From the NCBI GenBank assembly GCA_965228895.1, contig OZ245842.1:4672001-4736000 (forward strand): 64,000 bases of DNA. Direction: 5' to 3'. The first letter of the stretch is position 1; every line of letters begins with the position of its first letter. The notes under the pieces were generated by a model. It did no database searches. It was given only the letters and a program-made list of their open reading frames with translations, and was not told where the DNA came from. The position numbers were made by a program, and so were the translations under genes. Source of the DNA: Alphaproteobacteria bacterium (GTDB lineage Bacteria > Pseudomonadota > Alphaproteobacteria > SP197). This document shows, piece by piece, positions 1-10,134 of the stretch.

Positions 1-2
1 GC

Positions 3-383
3 GTCGCCACCGGTGAGATCACGCACGACCAGCGGCTCGCGGAAGTCAGCTACGGACGGTGGGAAGGGCTGACGACAACGCAAATCCGCGAGACGGACCC
101 GGAGGTATGGAAGCACCGCCAAACCGATCGCTGGTCAATCCCCGCCCCAGGCGGCGAGTCGAATGCCGACCTGCAGCAGCGGGTCGGCGCCTGGCATTCG
201 GAGCGGGATAGAACGAAGGATATTATTGTGGTTGGCCATGGCGCCTTGAACCGCGCCCTGGTCGGCTTGGTCGCGGGCCTGAAGCCGGACCAGGCGCTTG
301 CCCTGCCGGAAGATCAAGAGAGTATCTTTCGGTTATCCGAGGGGTTTTATGACATCGTCAGCGCCACCGGCGACGAACGCTAA
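3..383 (+). CDS. Histidine phosphatase (phosphoglycerate mutase-like) family protein, 5'-truncated by window edge
   Basis: Frame 3 translates to ...RLAEVSYGRWEGLT...PPGGES...IIVVGHGALNRAL..., stop TAA at 381-383. Confidence 0.8.
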   Translation, partial: VATGEITHDQRLAEVSYGRWEGLTTTQIRETDPEVWKHRQTDRWSIPAPGGESNADLQQRVGAWHSERDRTKDIIVVGHGALNRALVGLVAGLKPDQALALPEDQESIFRLSEGFYDIVSATGDER

Positions 384-401
384 GTGAGGGAACTGCAGCG
401 C

Positions 402-995
402 ATGTTAACAATCCGTCCCCTGACACCGGCCTTGATGGACGATATGGGCGCGGTACTGCGCGGCAGTTGGGGCGCCAGCTGCTGGTGCATGTTCCCCCGC
501 CTGACCGAAGCGCAGACCCGCGCGCTTCCGGGCGACGGACCCATGACGCAACGCCGGCGCAATGCCATGACAAAACTGGCAAGGCGTCGCCGTGCGCCAG
601 GGCTGCTCGCGTTCGACAACGATGAAGCCGTCGGTTGGGTAGCGCTTGGTCCGCGCGGTGAATTCGGCCGCATCGACGCATCACGCGCGACACCGCGTGT
701 CGACGATGTCGACGTCTGGATCATTCCCTGCGTCACCGTCGCCAAATCGGCGCGCGGGCGCGGCATCGCGGTGGCGCTGATCCAGGCTGCCGTCGCCTAT
801 GCCGCCGAAAAGGGCGCTCCAGCGGTCGAAGCCTATCCACGGGCCGGTGCCGAGCGCACCGGCGATGGCAACGCCTATTTCGGGACCGAGCCGTTATTCC
901 GGCGCGCCGGGTTCAAGGTGCTTCGCAAACCCCTGAAGGACCGACCGCGCAACTGGCTGCCGCGTGTCGTCATGCGTATCAACACGGCATCATGA
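402..995 (+). CDS. GNAT family N-acetyltransferase
   Basis: CWC motif, acetyl-CoA motif A (ARGRGIAVALI), VEAYP, FRRAGF. Confidence 0.85.
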   Translation: MLTIRPLTPALMDDMGAVLRGSWGASCWCMFPRLTEAQTRALPGDGPMTQRRRNAMTKLARRRRAPGLLAFDNDEAVGWVALGPRGEFGRIDASRATPRVDDVDVWIIPCVTVAKSARGRGIAVALIQAAVAYAAEKGAPAVEAYPRAGAERTGDGNAYFGTEPLFRRAGFKVLRKPLKDRPRNWLPRVVMRINTAS

Positions 996-1095
996 CGCGG
1001 GCGCGCTGTTCGTTGCGGCATTCATCGCGTCGTTTCCGCCCGGCTCGGTCTCGCTATGCATGATGGTGACAGCTGTGGATTTGGGTTGGTGAACC

Positions 1096-1860
1096 TCAAA
1101 CCCGGTCCATCCAGTCGGCGCAACGGGCGGCGACCGTATCCCATCCCGGCTCCAGGAAGATGAAGTGAGCCTGGCCCGGCGCCTCATAAAACGTCGCGCG
1201 GTTGCCATAGAGGTCAGCGATCTGACGGCCAACGATCGTCGGGACGGCACGGTCCTCGGCACCCGAAACCACAAGGACCGGGCAGGTTACCTTGTCGATC
1301 TCGACCTCGGTCGCGCGGTGATCGTCGAACATCCAAAAGAACATCTCGAACATGACACGCCCGGACTCCGGCCCCAGTTTGTCGAAGACGGCGTGCTGTG
1401 TTTCTTCGTCGAGCTTGTTGAGCGCGAACGGCGCAATCAAGTCGAAGTCGATGCGCATGGGCGCTTCCCAGAACGGGCCGCCGGCCATCAAGCCCCGCGC
1501 TACGGCGCGTTGATCATCGGTCGATGGCAAGACGCCCCACGGCGCATTCGAGTTCAACAGCACCAGCCCCTTGGCTAAGCCGCGCGCCGCGAGTTTTTGG
1601 GCAATCAAGGCGCCGACCGCGTGGCCGCCGATGATGGGCGGCGAGTCCAACGTCTCGACAAAGGCCGCGATGTCGTCGGTGTAGTCGAGGATGCTGGTCT
1701 CCGCCAAGGCCGGATCGGGCTCGGCTGCCGGATCGTTGTCATGGAAACGCAGCGCCGGCGTGTGGCTCGTCCAACCGCGGTTGGCAAAATAGCCGGCGAA
1801 CTTCTCCATACACCAGGGTCCGCCAAAGGCGCCGTGAATCATGACAACGTGCTTTTCCAT
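1096..1860 (-). CDS. Alpha/beta hydrolase fold protein
   Basis: VMIHG, elbow GHAVGA (Ala at the usual Ser position), CPVLVVSGAED, C-terminal His. Confidence 0.8.
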   Translation of the reverse strand: MEKHVVMIHGAFGGPWCMEKFAGYFANRGWTSHTPALRFHDNDPAAEPDPALAETSILDYTDDIAAFVETLDSPPIIGGHAVGALIAQKLAARGLAKGLVLLNSNAPWGVLPSTDDQRAVARGLMAGGPFWEAPMRIDFDLIAPFALNKLDEETQHAVFDKLGPESGRVMFEMFFWMFDDHRATEVEIDKVTCPVLVVSGAEDRAVPTIVGRQIADLYGNRATFYEAPGQAHFIFLEPGWDTVAARCADWMDRV

Positions 1861-2106
1861 GCATACTCTCCGGATACCGCGAACAACAATCCTAAGGGCC
1901 GCAATCGGATGCCGCCAGCGTCGCCGCCGGCTTTGCGGCCATTCTATCGCCGACGTGTAGTCATGTGATGTGACGCGACGACCGCATCGGGTCTAGGCTT
2001 TATGCGTCACGACATGTGGTTCGACGCCGGGCAGCGCCCGCAAGACGTTCCCGTTCGCGTGTCCCCATCGCGACCCCTTGGTTCAACGTTCCAGGGAGGC
2101 GCCTTA

Positions 2107-2904
2107 ATGACGCACCAGGAAATTGAGTCCGGTCTTTTGACCAGCTCCGCGCTGCCGGAAGTCCGTAAGATTACCGTGGCGGACCTTAAGGAGTCGCTGC
2201 GCCTGGGCCTTGATGACTTCAGGGCCAAACCCAGCCACCTCGTCTTCCTCGGCATCATCTATCCCGTTGTCGGCCTGATCGTCGCCCGCCTTGCGATCAG
2301 CTTCGGCGATGCCCTGCCACTGCTCTATCCGCTTGTCGCCGGTTTTGCTCTGATGGGCCCGGTCATGGGGATCGGTCTCTATGAGCTCAGCAGGCGCCGT
2401 GAAAAAGGGCTCGAAATCGCGTGGCGGCATGCGTTCGATGTCTTGAGATCGCCCGCCATCGGATCGATCGCCGCACTAAGCATGCTGCTGCTCGCGGTCT
2501 TCCTTGTTTGGCTCGTCGTTGCGGAGATTGTCTTTCGCATGACGTTCGGAGCCAGCGATCCCACGTCCTTTGGTTCGTTTCTGGAATGGACGATCACGAC
2601 ACCCGAAGGCTGGACCATGATCGTTGTCGGCAATGCGGTGGGATGTCTGTTTGCCATCGTAGTCTTGACCATCAGCGTGGTTTCGTTCCCGCTGATGCTT
2701 GACCGTGGCGTCAATGCGCACACGGCCGTTCTGACCTCGGCCAAAGCGGTCTTCGCCAACATCCCGACCATGATCGTCTGGGGTCTGATTATTGCCGTTA
2801 CCTTGGCCATTGGGTCGATACCGCTTTTTGTCGGACTGGCCGTCGTGGTGCCGATCCTTGCCCATGCGAGCTGGCATCTCTATCGGCGTGTCGTTGTGCC
2901 CTGA
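2107..2904 (+). CDS. DUF2189-like integral membrane protein
   Basis: Multiple TM segments, GLYELSRRRE and P.LAHASWHLYRR motifs; GGGAGG RBS before ATG 2107. Confidence 0.8.
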   Translation: MTHQEIESGLLTSSALPEVRKITVADLKESLRLGLDDFRAKPSHLVFLGIIYPVVGLIVARLAISFGDALPLLYPLVAGFALMGPVMGIGLYELSRRREKGLEIAWRHAFDVLRSPAIGSIAALSMLLLAVFLVWLVVAEIVFRMTFGASDPTSFGSFLEWTITTPEGWTMIVVGNAVGCLFAIVVLTISVVSFPLMLDRGVNAHTAVLTSAKAVFANIPTMIVWGLIIAVTLAIGSIPLFVGLAVVVPILAHASWHLYRRVVVP

Positions 2905-3009
2905 GACGCCAACACGAGAGAGCAAGCACCGCAGGGCGTTCCCACCGTGCGGGGAATTATGCGAAGATAGCGACCGATAACCGTCCGGCGATACCTTTGC
3001 GATGCTTGT

Positions 3010-4113
3010 ATGACAGTACCGTTCCCTTTGATCGAAGCCAGCGGCTCACCGCTGGAGCGCGGGCGGCAGATCGGCCGCCAGGCCGGTGACCGTATTGCCG
3101 TCAGTGTCGGCATCTACGAGCGTGCTCTGGCGCGCGGTAACCTCACGTGGCCCGAAGTGCAGGTCATCGCGCAACGGTACCTGCCTCGGCTTGAGTCCTA
3201 TGAGCCGCGCTATGTCGAGGAGATCCGAGGCATTGCCGAAGGCGCCGACCGGCCGATCGAGGACATCGTCGCGCTAAACGCGCGAACCGAACTGCTCTAC
3301 GACAAGAGCCTGCGCGACGACCCGACACCCGACGGCTGCACCGGCGCCATCGCCCTGCCCGACATCACCGCCGACGGCCATATGCTGCACGGACAGAACT
3401 GGGACTGGATGGATGACTGCAAGGACTCCGCCATTGTCGTGCGCCAGGAACTGGAGGACGGCACGCGCCTTCTGGTCTTTGTCGAAGCCGGCATTGTCGC
3501 CCGGGCCGGGTTCAACAGTCATGGCATTGCCGTCACCGGCAACTTTCTCGCCTGTCCGCAACTGCCGGCCGACGGCGCCGTTCCTCTGCCGTTGATGCGC
3601 CGCAAGATCATCGAGTCCCGCAGTTTCGCCGAAGCGCTGAAGCACGTTCTGCGAACGCCGCGCTCCTTCGCCAACAATCTCATGATCTCCGATGCCGCGG
3701 GCGAAGCGGTCGACCTGGAGACGACGCCTGAGGAAGTCTTCTGGGAAAAGCCGGACGGCGGCCTTTTGGTGCACGCCAACCACTTCCGCACCGAGGCCGC
3801 GCGCGCCCGCGTTGTCGACACCGGGCTCGCCATTTCACCCAGCTCGATCTATCGCGACAGCCGGGTTGAGCGGCGCCTGCGACAGAGTGCCGGCAGCATC
3901 GCACGCGGTGATTTGGAAGATGCCTTTGCCGACACCTATGGTGCGCCATCGGCGGTCTTGGCATCGCCCGGTGCCGACGAGGAGGCCAACGTCAAACAGC
4001 CGTCATCCACCGTCGCCACCGTCATCATGGACACGACCGCCGGCGTCATGTGGGTAGCGCCCGCACCCTATGCGGGCGAAATCACGTTCACCGAGTACCG
4101 CCTGAACGACTGA
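3010..4113 (+). CDS. C45 family Ntn peptidase (acyl-CoA:6-APA acyltransferase-like)
   Basis: EEIRGIAEG, LNARTE, G-CT autocleavage site, GQNWDW, HANHF. Confidence 0.88.
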   Translation: MTVPFPLIEASGSPLERGRQIGRQAGDRIAVSVGIYERALARGNLTWPEVQVIAQRYLPRLESYEPRYVEEIRGIAEGADRPIEDIVALNARTELLYDKSLRDDPTPDGCTGAIALPDITADGHMLHGQNWDWMDDCKDSAIVVRQELEDGTRLLVFVEAGIVARAGFNSHGIAVTGNFLACPQLPADGAVPLPLMRRKIIESRSFAEALKHVLRTPRSFANNLMISDAAGEAVDLETTPEEVFWEKPDGGLLVHANHFRTEAARARVVDTGLAISPSSIYRDSRVERRLRQSAGSIARGDLEDAFADTYGAPSAVLASPGADEEANVKQPSSTVATVIMDTTAGVMWVAPAPYAGEITFTEYRLND

Positions 4114-4187
4114 TCGCCGACGAGGGTAGAACGGGCCTGTCCATCAGGCGCCCTCCTGAAAGCGTGGGTTGCGGGCAGAAAAAGCCC

Positions 4188-4201
4188 TTGATCCGCATCA
4201 A
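4188..4201. promoter_or_regulatory. FNR/FixK-type binding site upstream of the V-ATPase operon
   Basis: TTGATCCGCATCAA is an exact TTGAT-N4-ATCAA match in intergenic DNA; candidate -10 CATAAT at 4241-4246. Confidence 0.7.
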
Positions 4202-4441
4202 TGCGGCTTGTCCAGCGACACGCTACGCAGGAATGGCAACCATAATGTGTTGCAAAACTGTCATGGGCGACGGATAGCGTCGTCAGCGCCTTCACGTCAC
4301 CTGTTTGGGACCATTCTGGCATGCTCAACATTCCAGCGATGACGCTGGTCACCCGCGACGCCCACCACCGCCCCTTGACGAAATGTGCCGCCAGCTCGGC
4401 CATAGCGAAATCGGCATGATGCGCGCCATCGGAGGGACAGG

Positions 4442-5830
4442 ATGACGTTGGATCTGGTTCGGTACTCGCGCGTCCTTGAGATTGTTGGCGACATCATCAA
4501 GGTGTATGTGCCGATGCCCGCTGCCGGCGAGCCCCCGGTGGTTCGCCTGCGCGACCTGGCGATGGTCGAGGACGAGGGGTCGGCAAAGTCGCTCGCCCAG
4601 GTCATCTCGGTCGAGCGCGACGCCGTCGCCCTCCAGGTTTTCGCCGGCACCAAGGGCATTTCGACCCAGGCCTCGATCCGGTTTCTCGGCCACCCCCTGC
4701 ACGTCACCTACTCGCCCAACATTCTGGGCCGCGTGTTTCGCGGCGATGGCCAGCCGTTGGGCGCGGGGCCTGATCTTGAGATGGATCCGAAGGTCGCCAT
4801 CGGCGGACCATCGGTCAATCCCATGCAGCGCAGTCTGGCGTCCAGGATGATCCGCACGGACGTGCCGATGATCGATGTCTTCAATTGCCTGGTCGAAAGC
4901 CAGAAGATCCCGATCTTCTCGGCCGCCGGCGAACCCTATAACCCGCTGCTGGCGCGGATCGGTATCCAGGCCGATGCCGATGTCGTGGTGTTCGGCGGCA
5001 TGGGCCTGATTTTTGACGACTATCACTTCTTTGCCCGATCGTTCGAGGATGCGGGCGTCTTTGCCCGCACGGTGATGTTCGTGAACCAGGCCTCTGACCC
5101 GATTGTCGAACGCCTGCTGGTGCCGGACATGGCGCTCGCGGTCGCCGAACACTTCGCCGTGGAGGAAGGCAAACGCGTTCTCGTCCTGTTGACCGACATG
5201 ACCTCGTTCGCGGACGCGTTGAAAGAGATCGGCATCGCCATGGAGCGCGTGCCCTCCAACCGCGGCTACATGGGCGATCTCTATTCACAGCTGGCGCGCC
5301 GGTACGAGAAGGCATGCAACTACACGATCGGCGGATCGGTGACGATCCTCAGCGTGACGACGATGCCGGGCGACGACGTCACCCATCCGGTACCCGACAA
5401 CACCGGTTACATCACCGAAGGCCAGTTCTATTTGCATGATGGTGCGCTCGACCCCTTTGGGTCGTTGTCGCGTCTGAAGCAGCATGTGATCGGCAAGGTG
5501 ACTCGCGAAGACCATGCGCAGATCATGAACACGATGATCCGCTTCTACGCCGGCGCGCGGGATGCGGCCCAGAAACAGGCCATGGCGTTTGAGCTGTCCG
5601 ACTTCGATAGGCAATTGCTGAAGTTCGGCGAGCTGTTCCGCGAGCGCTTCATGGACATCAATACTTCCATGCCGCTGGAGGACGCGCTCGATCTGTCATG
5701 GAGGACGCTCGCCGACTGCTTCAAGCCGGAACAGCTCCTGATGCGCCAGTCGCTGGTGGAAAAGTACTTTCCCGGCGCCGAGCGAGACTTAGCCGATACG
5801 GCGTCGCGCGAGGGCGCAGACGCCGCATGA
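4442..5830 (+). CDS. ntpB: V/A-type ATP synthase subunit B
   Basis: SQKIPIFS, LLTDMT, PSNRGYMGDLYS, HPVPDNTGYITEGQ, SLSRL. Confidence 0.95.
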   Translation: MTLDLVRYSRVLEIVGDIIKVYVPMPAAGEPPVVRLRDLAMVEDEGSAKSLAQVISVERDAVALQVFAGTKGISTQASIRFLGHPLHVTYSPNILGRVFRGDGQPLGAGPDLEMDPKVAIGGPSVNPMQRSLASRMIRTDVPMIDVFNCLVESQKIPIFSAAGEPYNPLLARIGIQADADVVVFGGMGLIFDDYHFFARSFEDAGVFARTVMFVNQASDPIVERLLVPDMALAVAEHFAVEEGKRVLVLLTDMTSFADALKEIGIAMERVPSNRGYMGDLYSQLARRYEKACNYTIGGSVTILSVTTMPGDDVTHPVPDNTGYITEGQFYLHDGALDPFGSLSRLKQHVIGKVTREDHAQIMNTMIRFYAGARDAAQKQAMAFELSDFDRQLLKFGELFRERFMDINTSMPLEDALDLSWRTLADCFKPEQLLMRQSLVEKYFPGAERDLADTASREGADAA

Positions 5831-5881
5831 CCTGAACACATGCAAGCGATCGTATCGCAAGCAAGGAGAGGCCAGTAAACG

Positions 5882-6487
5882 GTGGCACGGTTACAGCTCA
5901 ACAAGGCGGCACTCGCCAAGGAAGAGAGCAAGCTGGACTCGTTCAGGCGGTTCCTGCCATCGCTGGATATGAAGCGCCAGCAGTTGAATGCCGCGCGGGC
6001 CGGCGCGGTCGAATCGGTCGCGATCACGCGCCGCGAGATCGATCACCTAAAGCGCAGTGTCAAAAAGAATCTGCCGATGCTGGCGAACAAGAACATCGAC
6101 CTGACGGACATCGTGAAGGTCAGCAAGGTCGACATCGCGACGCAAAACGTTCTGGGCACCCAACTGCCCGTTCTGCAAAACGTCGACATCGACATTCGGC
6201 CCTATGCGCTTATGGCCAGGCCCCATTGGGTCGATCGTCTGGTCGATGACCTCCGTCACATGCTTGAACTCAGGCTTCGCTTGCGTGTCGAGGAACGCCG
6301 CGTCGACCTGCTTGCAGCCGCCCTGCGCACCGTCACCCAGCGGGTCAATCTGTTCGACAAGATTCTCATTCCCCAAGCCCAGACGAACATCAAGCGCATC
6401 AGGATCTATTTGGGCGATGCTGAGCGCGCGGCGGTCGTGCGCTCGAAGATCGCCAAGAACAAACACCGCAAGGCGCACGCGGCATGA
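5882..6487 (+). CDS. ntpD: V/A-type ATP synthase subunit D
   Basis: FLPSLDMKRQQL, TQRVNLFDKILIP; operon context. Confidence 0.93.
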   Translation: MARLQLNKAALAKEESKLDSFRRFLPSLDMKRQQLNAARAGAVESVAITRREIDHLKRSVKKNLPMLANKNIDLTDIVKVSKVDIATQNVLGTQLPVLQNVDIDIRPYALMARPHWVDRLVDDLRHMLELRLRLRVEERRVDLLAAALRTVTQRVNLFDKILIPQAQTNIKRIRIYLGDAERAAVVRSKIAKNKHRKAHAA

Positions 6488-8283
6488 CGCTGATCGCCCT
6501 TAAAAAGGTAACCCTATGCGGCCTTCTGACCGAGAAGGCGGCCATCCTGGATCGCTTGCAGGATCTGGGTTGTCTGCATCTGGTCGCGCTGCGGCCGCCG
6601 CCTGCCGAACCGGAAAACGCGACCCCGCGAAGGGCCGAGGAATCATATCGGGCGCTTCGCTTTCTGATGGATATGCCGAACAAACGACGGCAAATTCCTC
6701 GAGATCCCAACTTTGATATTCGAGAAGTGACGCGCGCAGCGCTCGATATCAAGCAGCGTCTGCGCCACCTGTCCGACCGGCGCGACTTTCTGGAACAGCG
6801 CATCAAGGGTCTTGAACCGTGGGGTGATCTGTTTTTCCCGCCGCATGAGGCGTTGGCCCATTACCGCCTGTGGTTTTATGCCCTGCCGTCCGGAAAGGCG
6901 CGCCTGCTCAACGACCTCGATGTGCCGTGGCAGGTCGTGCACAGGGACCCGCGGCGCACCTATGTCGTGCTGATCGCCCGCGACGAGCCGCCAGACGATA
7001 TCTTGCCCGTTGCCCGCACCCATACCGGGGCGCTGCCGCTCAATGAGTTGCGGCTGCAACTGGACGAGTGCGAGAGCGAGATCGAATCCCTGACCGCTGA
7101 TCGCCTGGCGCTCACCCGGTACATCTACCTCATGAGCGTCAACATGGCCGAGGCCGAGGACGCGTCGGCGCGCGCCTTTGCCGGCGAACAAACGCTCGAT
7201 GGCGACGGCGTCGTCGCGGTGCAGGGCTGGGCGCCGGCGGACCGGTGCGGCGACGTGCGGGACTTCGCTGGTCAACATGACCTGGCGTGCCTGATTGAAG
7301 ACCCCGGCCCTGACGACGATCCGCCCACACTGCTGGACAATCCGCCGGCCTTGGCGGCAGGCACCGATCTTTCGCTGTTCTATCAGGTGCCGGGTTACCG
7401 CACCTGGGACCCCTCGATCATCCTGTTGTTTTCTTTTGCGCTGTTCTTCGGAATGATCGTCGCCGATGCCGGCTACGCCCTGGTCATGCTGCTGTTGCTT
7501 GGCATGTTCTGGAACAAACTTGGCCGCACGCCCACGGGCCAACGCTACCGGTCCTTCGGGCTTATCGTGCTTGGCGTGGCACTGTTCTACGGCATCCTTG
7601 CCGGCGGTTATTTCGGCATTGCGCTGCCGCCGGGATCGGTCCTCGACAGGATCGACCTCATCGACATGAACAACATCGAGACCATGATGAGGCTGTCGAT
7701 CATCATCGGCGCGCTCCACCTGATTCTTGCCAACGGCGTGCTTGCCTACAACAACCGCCGTCATCCAGCGGCGCTCGCCAAACTGGGCTGGATCGCCGTG
7801 ATCATCGGCGGGCTTGGACTGTGGCTGGCAGGCGGCGGGAGCTCGCTGGAACTCGCCGCTGGCGCCCTGTTGGGCGCCGGCCTGCTGACCATCTTTCTGT
7901 TCAGCAGCAAGCGACCCATCGACAAACCCCTCGACGTTGCACGCCGCGGCATCGACGGCCTGCTCGCCCTGACCAAGATAAGCAGCATGTTCGGCGACGT
8001 CCTGAGCTATATGCGCCTCTTTGCACTCGGTCTTTCGAGCACCTCTCTGGCGCTGACCTTCAATGACCTGGCCGTTCAGGTGCACGATGCCGTGCCCGGC
8101 ATCGGGCTTTTGTTCAGTCTGATGATCCTGCTGCTTGGTCACACGATGAACCTGGCGCTCGCGGTCATGAGCGGTGTGGTGCATGGGCTCAGGTTGAATT
8201 TCATGGAATTTTACAACTGGGGAATGCCGGAAGAGGGCCATACGTTCGAGGCCTTCGCCCGCACCAAGGTGAGTCATGAATGA
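6484..8283 (+). CDS. ntpI: V/A-type ATP synthase subunit I (a)
   Basis: Soluble N-half plus hydrophobic C-half; FFGMIVADAGY, DVLSYMRLFALG (essential Arg), HGLRLNFMEF. Confidence 0.95.
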   Translation: MTLIALKKVTLCGLLTEKAAILDRLQDLGCLHLVALRPPPAEPENATPRRAEESYRALRFLMDMPNKRRQIPRDPNFDIREVTRAALDIKQRLRHLSDRRDFLEQRIKGLEPWGDLFFPPHEALAHYRLWFYALPSGKARLLNDLDVPWQVVHRDPRRTYVVLIARDEPPDDILPVARTHTGALPLNELRLQLDECESEIESLTADRLALTRYIYLMSVNMAEAEDASARAFAGEQTLDGDGVVAVQGWAPADRCGDVRDFAGQHDLACLIEDPGPDDDPPTLLDNPPALAAGTDLSLFYQVPGYRTWDPSIILLFSFALFFGMIVADAGYALVMLLLLGMFWNKLGRTPTGQRYRSFGLIVLGVALFYGILAGGYFGIALPPGSVLDRIDLIDMNNIETMMRLSIIIGALHLILANGVLAYNNRRHPAALAKLGWIAVIIGGLGLWLAGGGSSLELAAGALLGAGLLTIFLFSSKRPIDKPLDVARRGIDGLLALTKISSMFGDVLSYMRLFALGLSSTSLALTFNDLAVQVHDAVPGIGLLFSLMILLLGHTMNLALAVMSGVVHGLRLNFMEFYNWGMPEEGHTFEAFARTKVSHE

Positions 8284-8731
8284 AGTCATCATCGCGCTGG
8301 GATGGTTCGGTATCTACGGCCCCATGGCGCTTGGCGCGATCGGCAGCATCATAGGCTGTGCCATCGCCGGCCAGGCCGCGATCGGCGCGATGCTGGAAAC
8401 CGAAAGCGGCTATGGCCGGTACGTCGGCGTATCCGCCATGCCGTCATCGCAGATCATTTACGGTATCGTCATCATGTTCACGTTGAACCGCGATGTCACG
8501 GTGGACGCTTCCGGCGGCCTCTTCGCGGTCGGCATCCTTGCCGGCGTCGCGTTGATGTTTAGTGGAATCAAGCAGGGCCAGTGCTGCGCGTCGGCGATCA
8601 ACGCGACCAAGGAGAAGCCGGAGATTTTCGGCCTGTCGCTGGCACCGGCGGCGATCGTGGAAGGCTTCGCCGTCTTTGCGTTCATCTTCGCACTCGTGAT
8701 CAGCGCGGGTATCCCAGGGGCCGGCGGATGA
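8276..8731 (+). CDS. ntpK: V/A-type ATP synthase subunit K (c, 4-TM proteolipid)
   Basis: 151 aa, four TM helices, PSSQIIY, SGIKQG, IVEGF with the ion-binding Glu. Confidence 0.95.
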   Translation: MNEVIIALGWFGIYGPMALGAIGSIIGCAIAGQAAIGAMLETESGYGRYVGVSAMPSSQIIYGIVIMFTLNRDVTVDASGGLFAVGILAGVALMFSGIKQGQCCASAINATKEKPEIFGLSLAPAAIVEGFAVFAFIFALVISAGIPGAGG

Positions 8732-9420
8732 GCAACAACCATCGACAGGAGATCATTTCGTCCGGCGTGGATTCGCTCATCAAGCGGTTGCGCGAGGAAG
8801 GTACGTCGGCCGGCAAGCAGGAAGCCGAGAAGATCGTCGCGGCGGCTGAAGCGAAAGCGCAAGCCATTCTTGAGAAAGCCAACGCCGAGGCGCGCGCTAC
8901 CGTCGTGGCTGCCCGCAAGGAAGCCGATGAGCTGAAGAACGCCGGCGCGGACGCCCTGAAGGTCGCCATGCGCGACACGGTTCTGGATATGAAGATGACG
9001 CTGATGCAGCGCTTCAGCAGCGACGTGGAACGCCTGGTTTCGCGTCATCTCCAGGACAAGGATGTCTTGAGGCAAATGGTGATCGAGGTTGCCGGACGCG
9101 TCGCCGACGACGCCAACCTGAGCGAAGGCGAAGCAATCGACATTGTCCTTCCCGAGCACGTTGTTGGGTTGGATGAGCTTCGCCAGGATTCCGAGGAGCT
9201 GGAACACGGCAAGCTGACGGACCTGGCGCTTGGGCTGACAGTCGACCTGCTGCGCGATGGCGTAACGTTTTCGGTCGTCGACGATGCGCAGTCGGGCCTG
9301 CGTGTCCGTCTTGTTGGCAATGACATCACACTGGACTTGACCGACAAGGCGGTCGCGAACCTCTTGCTGCAACATCTGCAACCGCGCTTCCGGCTCATCC
9401 TCGATGGCGTCGTCAAGTGA
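8728..9420 (+). CDS. ntpE: V/A-type ATP synthase subunit E
   Basis: ATGA overlap with K; N-terminal Ala/Glu/Lys coiled coil (LIKRLREEG...AEKIVAAAEAKA); ends LQPRFR. Confidence 0.85.
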   Translation: MSNNHRQEIISSGVDSLIKRLREEGTSAGKQEAEKIVAAAEAKAQAILEKANAEARATVVAARKEADELKNAGADALKVAMRDTVLDMKMTLMQRFSSDVERLVSRHLQDKDVLRQMVIEVAGRVADDANLSEGEAIDIVLPEHVVGLDELRQDSEELEHGKLTDLALGLTVDLLRDGVTFSVVDDAQSGLRVRLVGNDITLDLTDKAVANLLLQHLQPRFRLILDGVVK

Positions 9421-9438
9421 TGTGGGATTAGCGCAAGA

Positions 9439-10134
9439 ATGGCCGACGCCTATCTCTATGTCATGTTGATCTCGAGCTTGCCGCAGCCGATTTCGTTGTT
9501 CGGCGCCAAGCAAACGCCGATCTCACGGATCAAGCTGGAGCGCAGATTGCGCATGCTGACGCCTGAAGATGCGGCGACCTTGGCCATCATCGTGGACGCC
9601 GTTGCGTGGTACCGCCTGCCCATGAGTTTGTCCGAAGAAGAGACGCTAGAGCGCGGTCGTCACGCGATGGCGGAGGTCGAGCATGAAACATTGCGCAACA
9701 TCATTCGCGACCGTCTGGAGTTGCGGACATGCGTCGCGGCCCTGCGTCGCCGTCACAAGGGCGAGCCGGCGCCCGCACCGAATCCGCCCTGGGGCTACGG
9801 CCGTTGGACCCGGCGTATCGCGGCGAACTGGGGAGAGCCTGGATTTCGCGTCGAGGGGGCTTTCCCTTGGATCCGCGAAGCCGACCAACTGCTCAAGGCT
9901 GGCGATTCGCTCGGTCTTGAACGTCTTCTGATGCGTCAGGTCTGGACAAAGCTCAACCGCTACCGCGCACTTCACTTGTTCGACTTCGAGGCGGTCGTGA
10001 TCTATGCGCTGCGCTGGCACATCATCGACCGATGGACACACTATGACGGCGCCGTCGCCGGCGAACGCTTTGACCGGCTTGTCGACGCTGCCCTGGGTGC
10101 GCAGGCGGTGCTACCATGGGACAGGACGGTATGA
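9439..10134 (+). CDS. DUF2764-like protein (putative V-ATPase subunit C)
   Basis: Y..LISSLP start and FDFEAVVIYAL..I..RW end; lies between E and A as in Chlamydia/Bacteroidota-type operons. Confidence 0.8.
   Translation: MADAYLYVMLISSLPQPISLFGAKQTPISRIKLERRLRMLTPEDAATLAIIVDAVAWYRLPMSLSEEETLERGRHAMAEVEHETLRNIIRDRLELRTCVAALRRRHKGEPAPAPNPPWGYGRWTRRIAANWGEPGFRVEGAFPWIREADQLLKAGDSLGLERLLMRQVWTKLNRYRALHLFDFEAVVIYALRWHIIDRWTHYDGAVAGERFDRLVDAALGAQAVLPWDRTV

Noticed and set aside
6643-8292. Long antisense ORFs (also 30928-32688, 44779-45981, 50668-52314, 60449-61681)
   Set aside because: Shadow frames opposite well-supported genes, expected at high GC; no motifs
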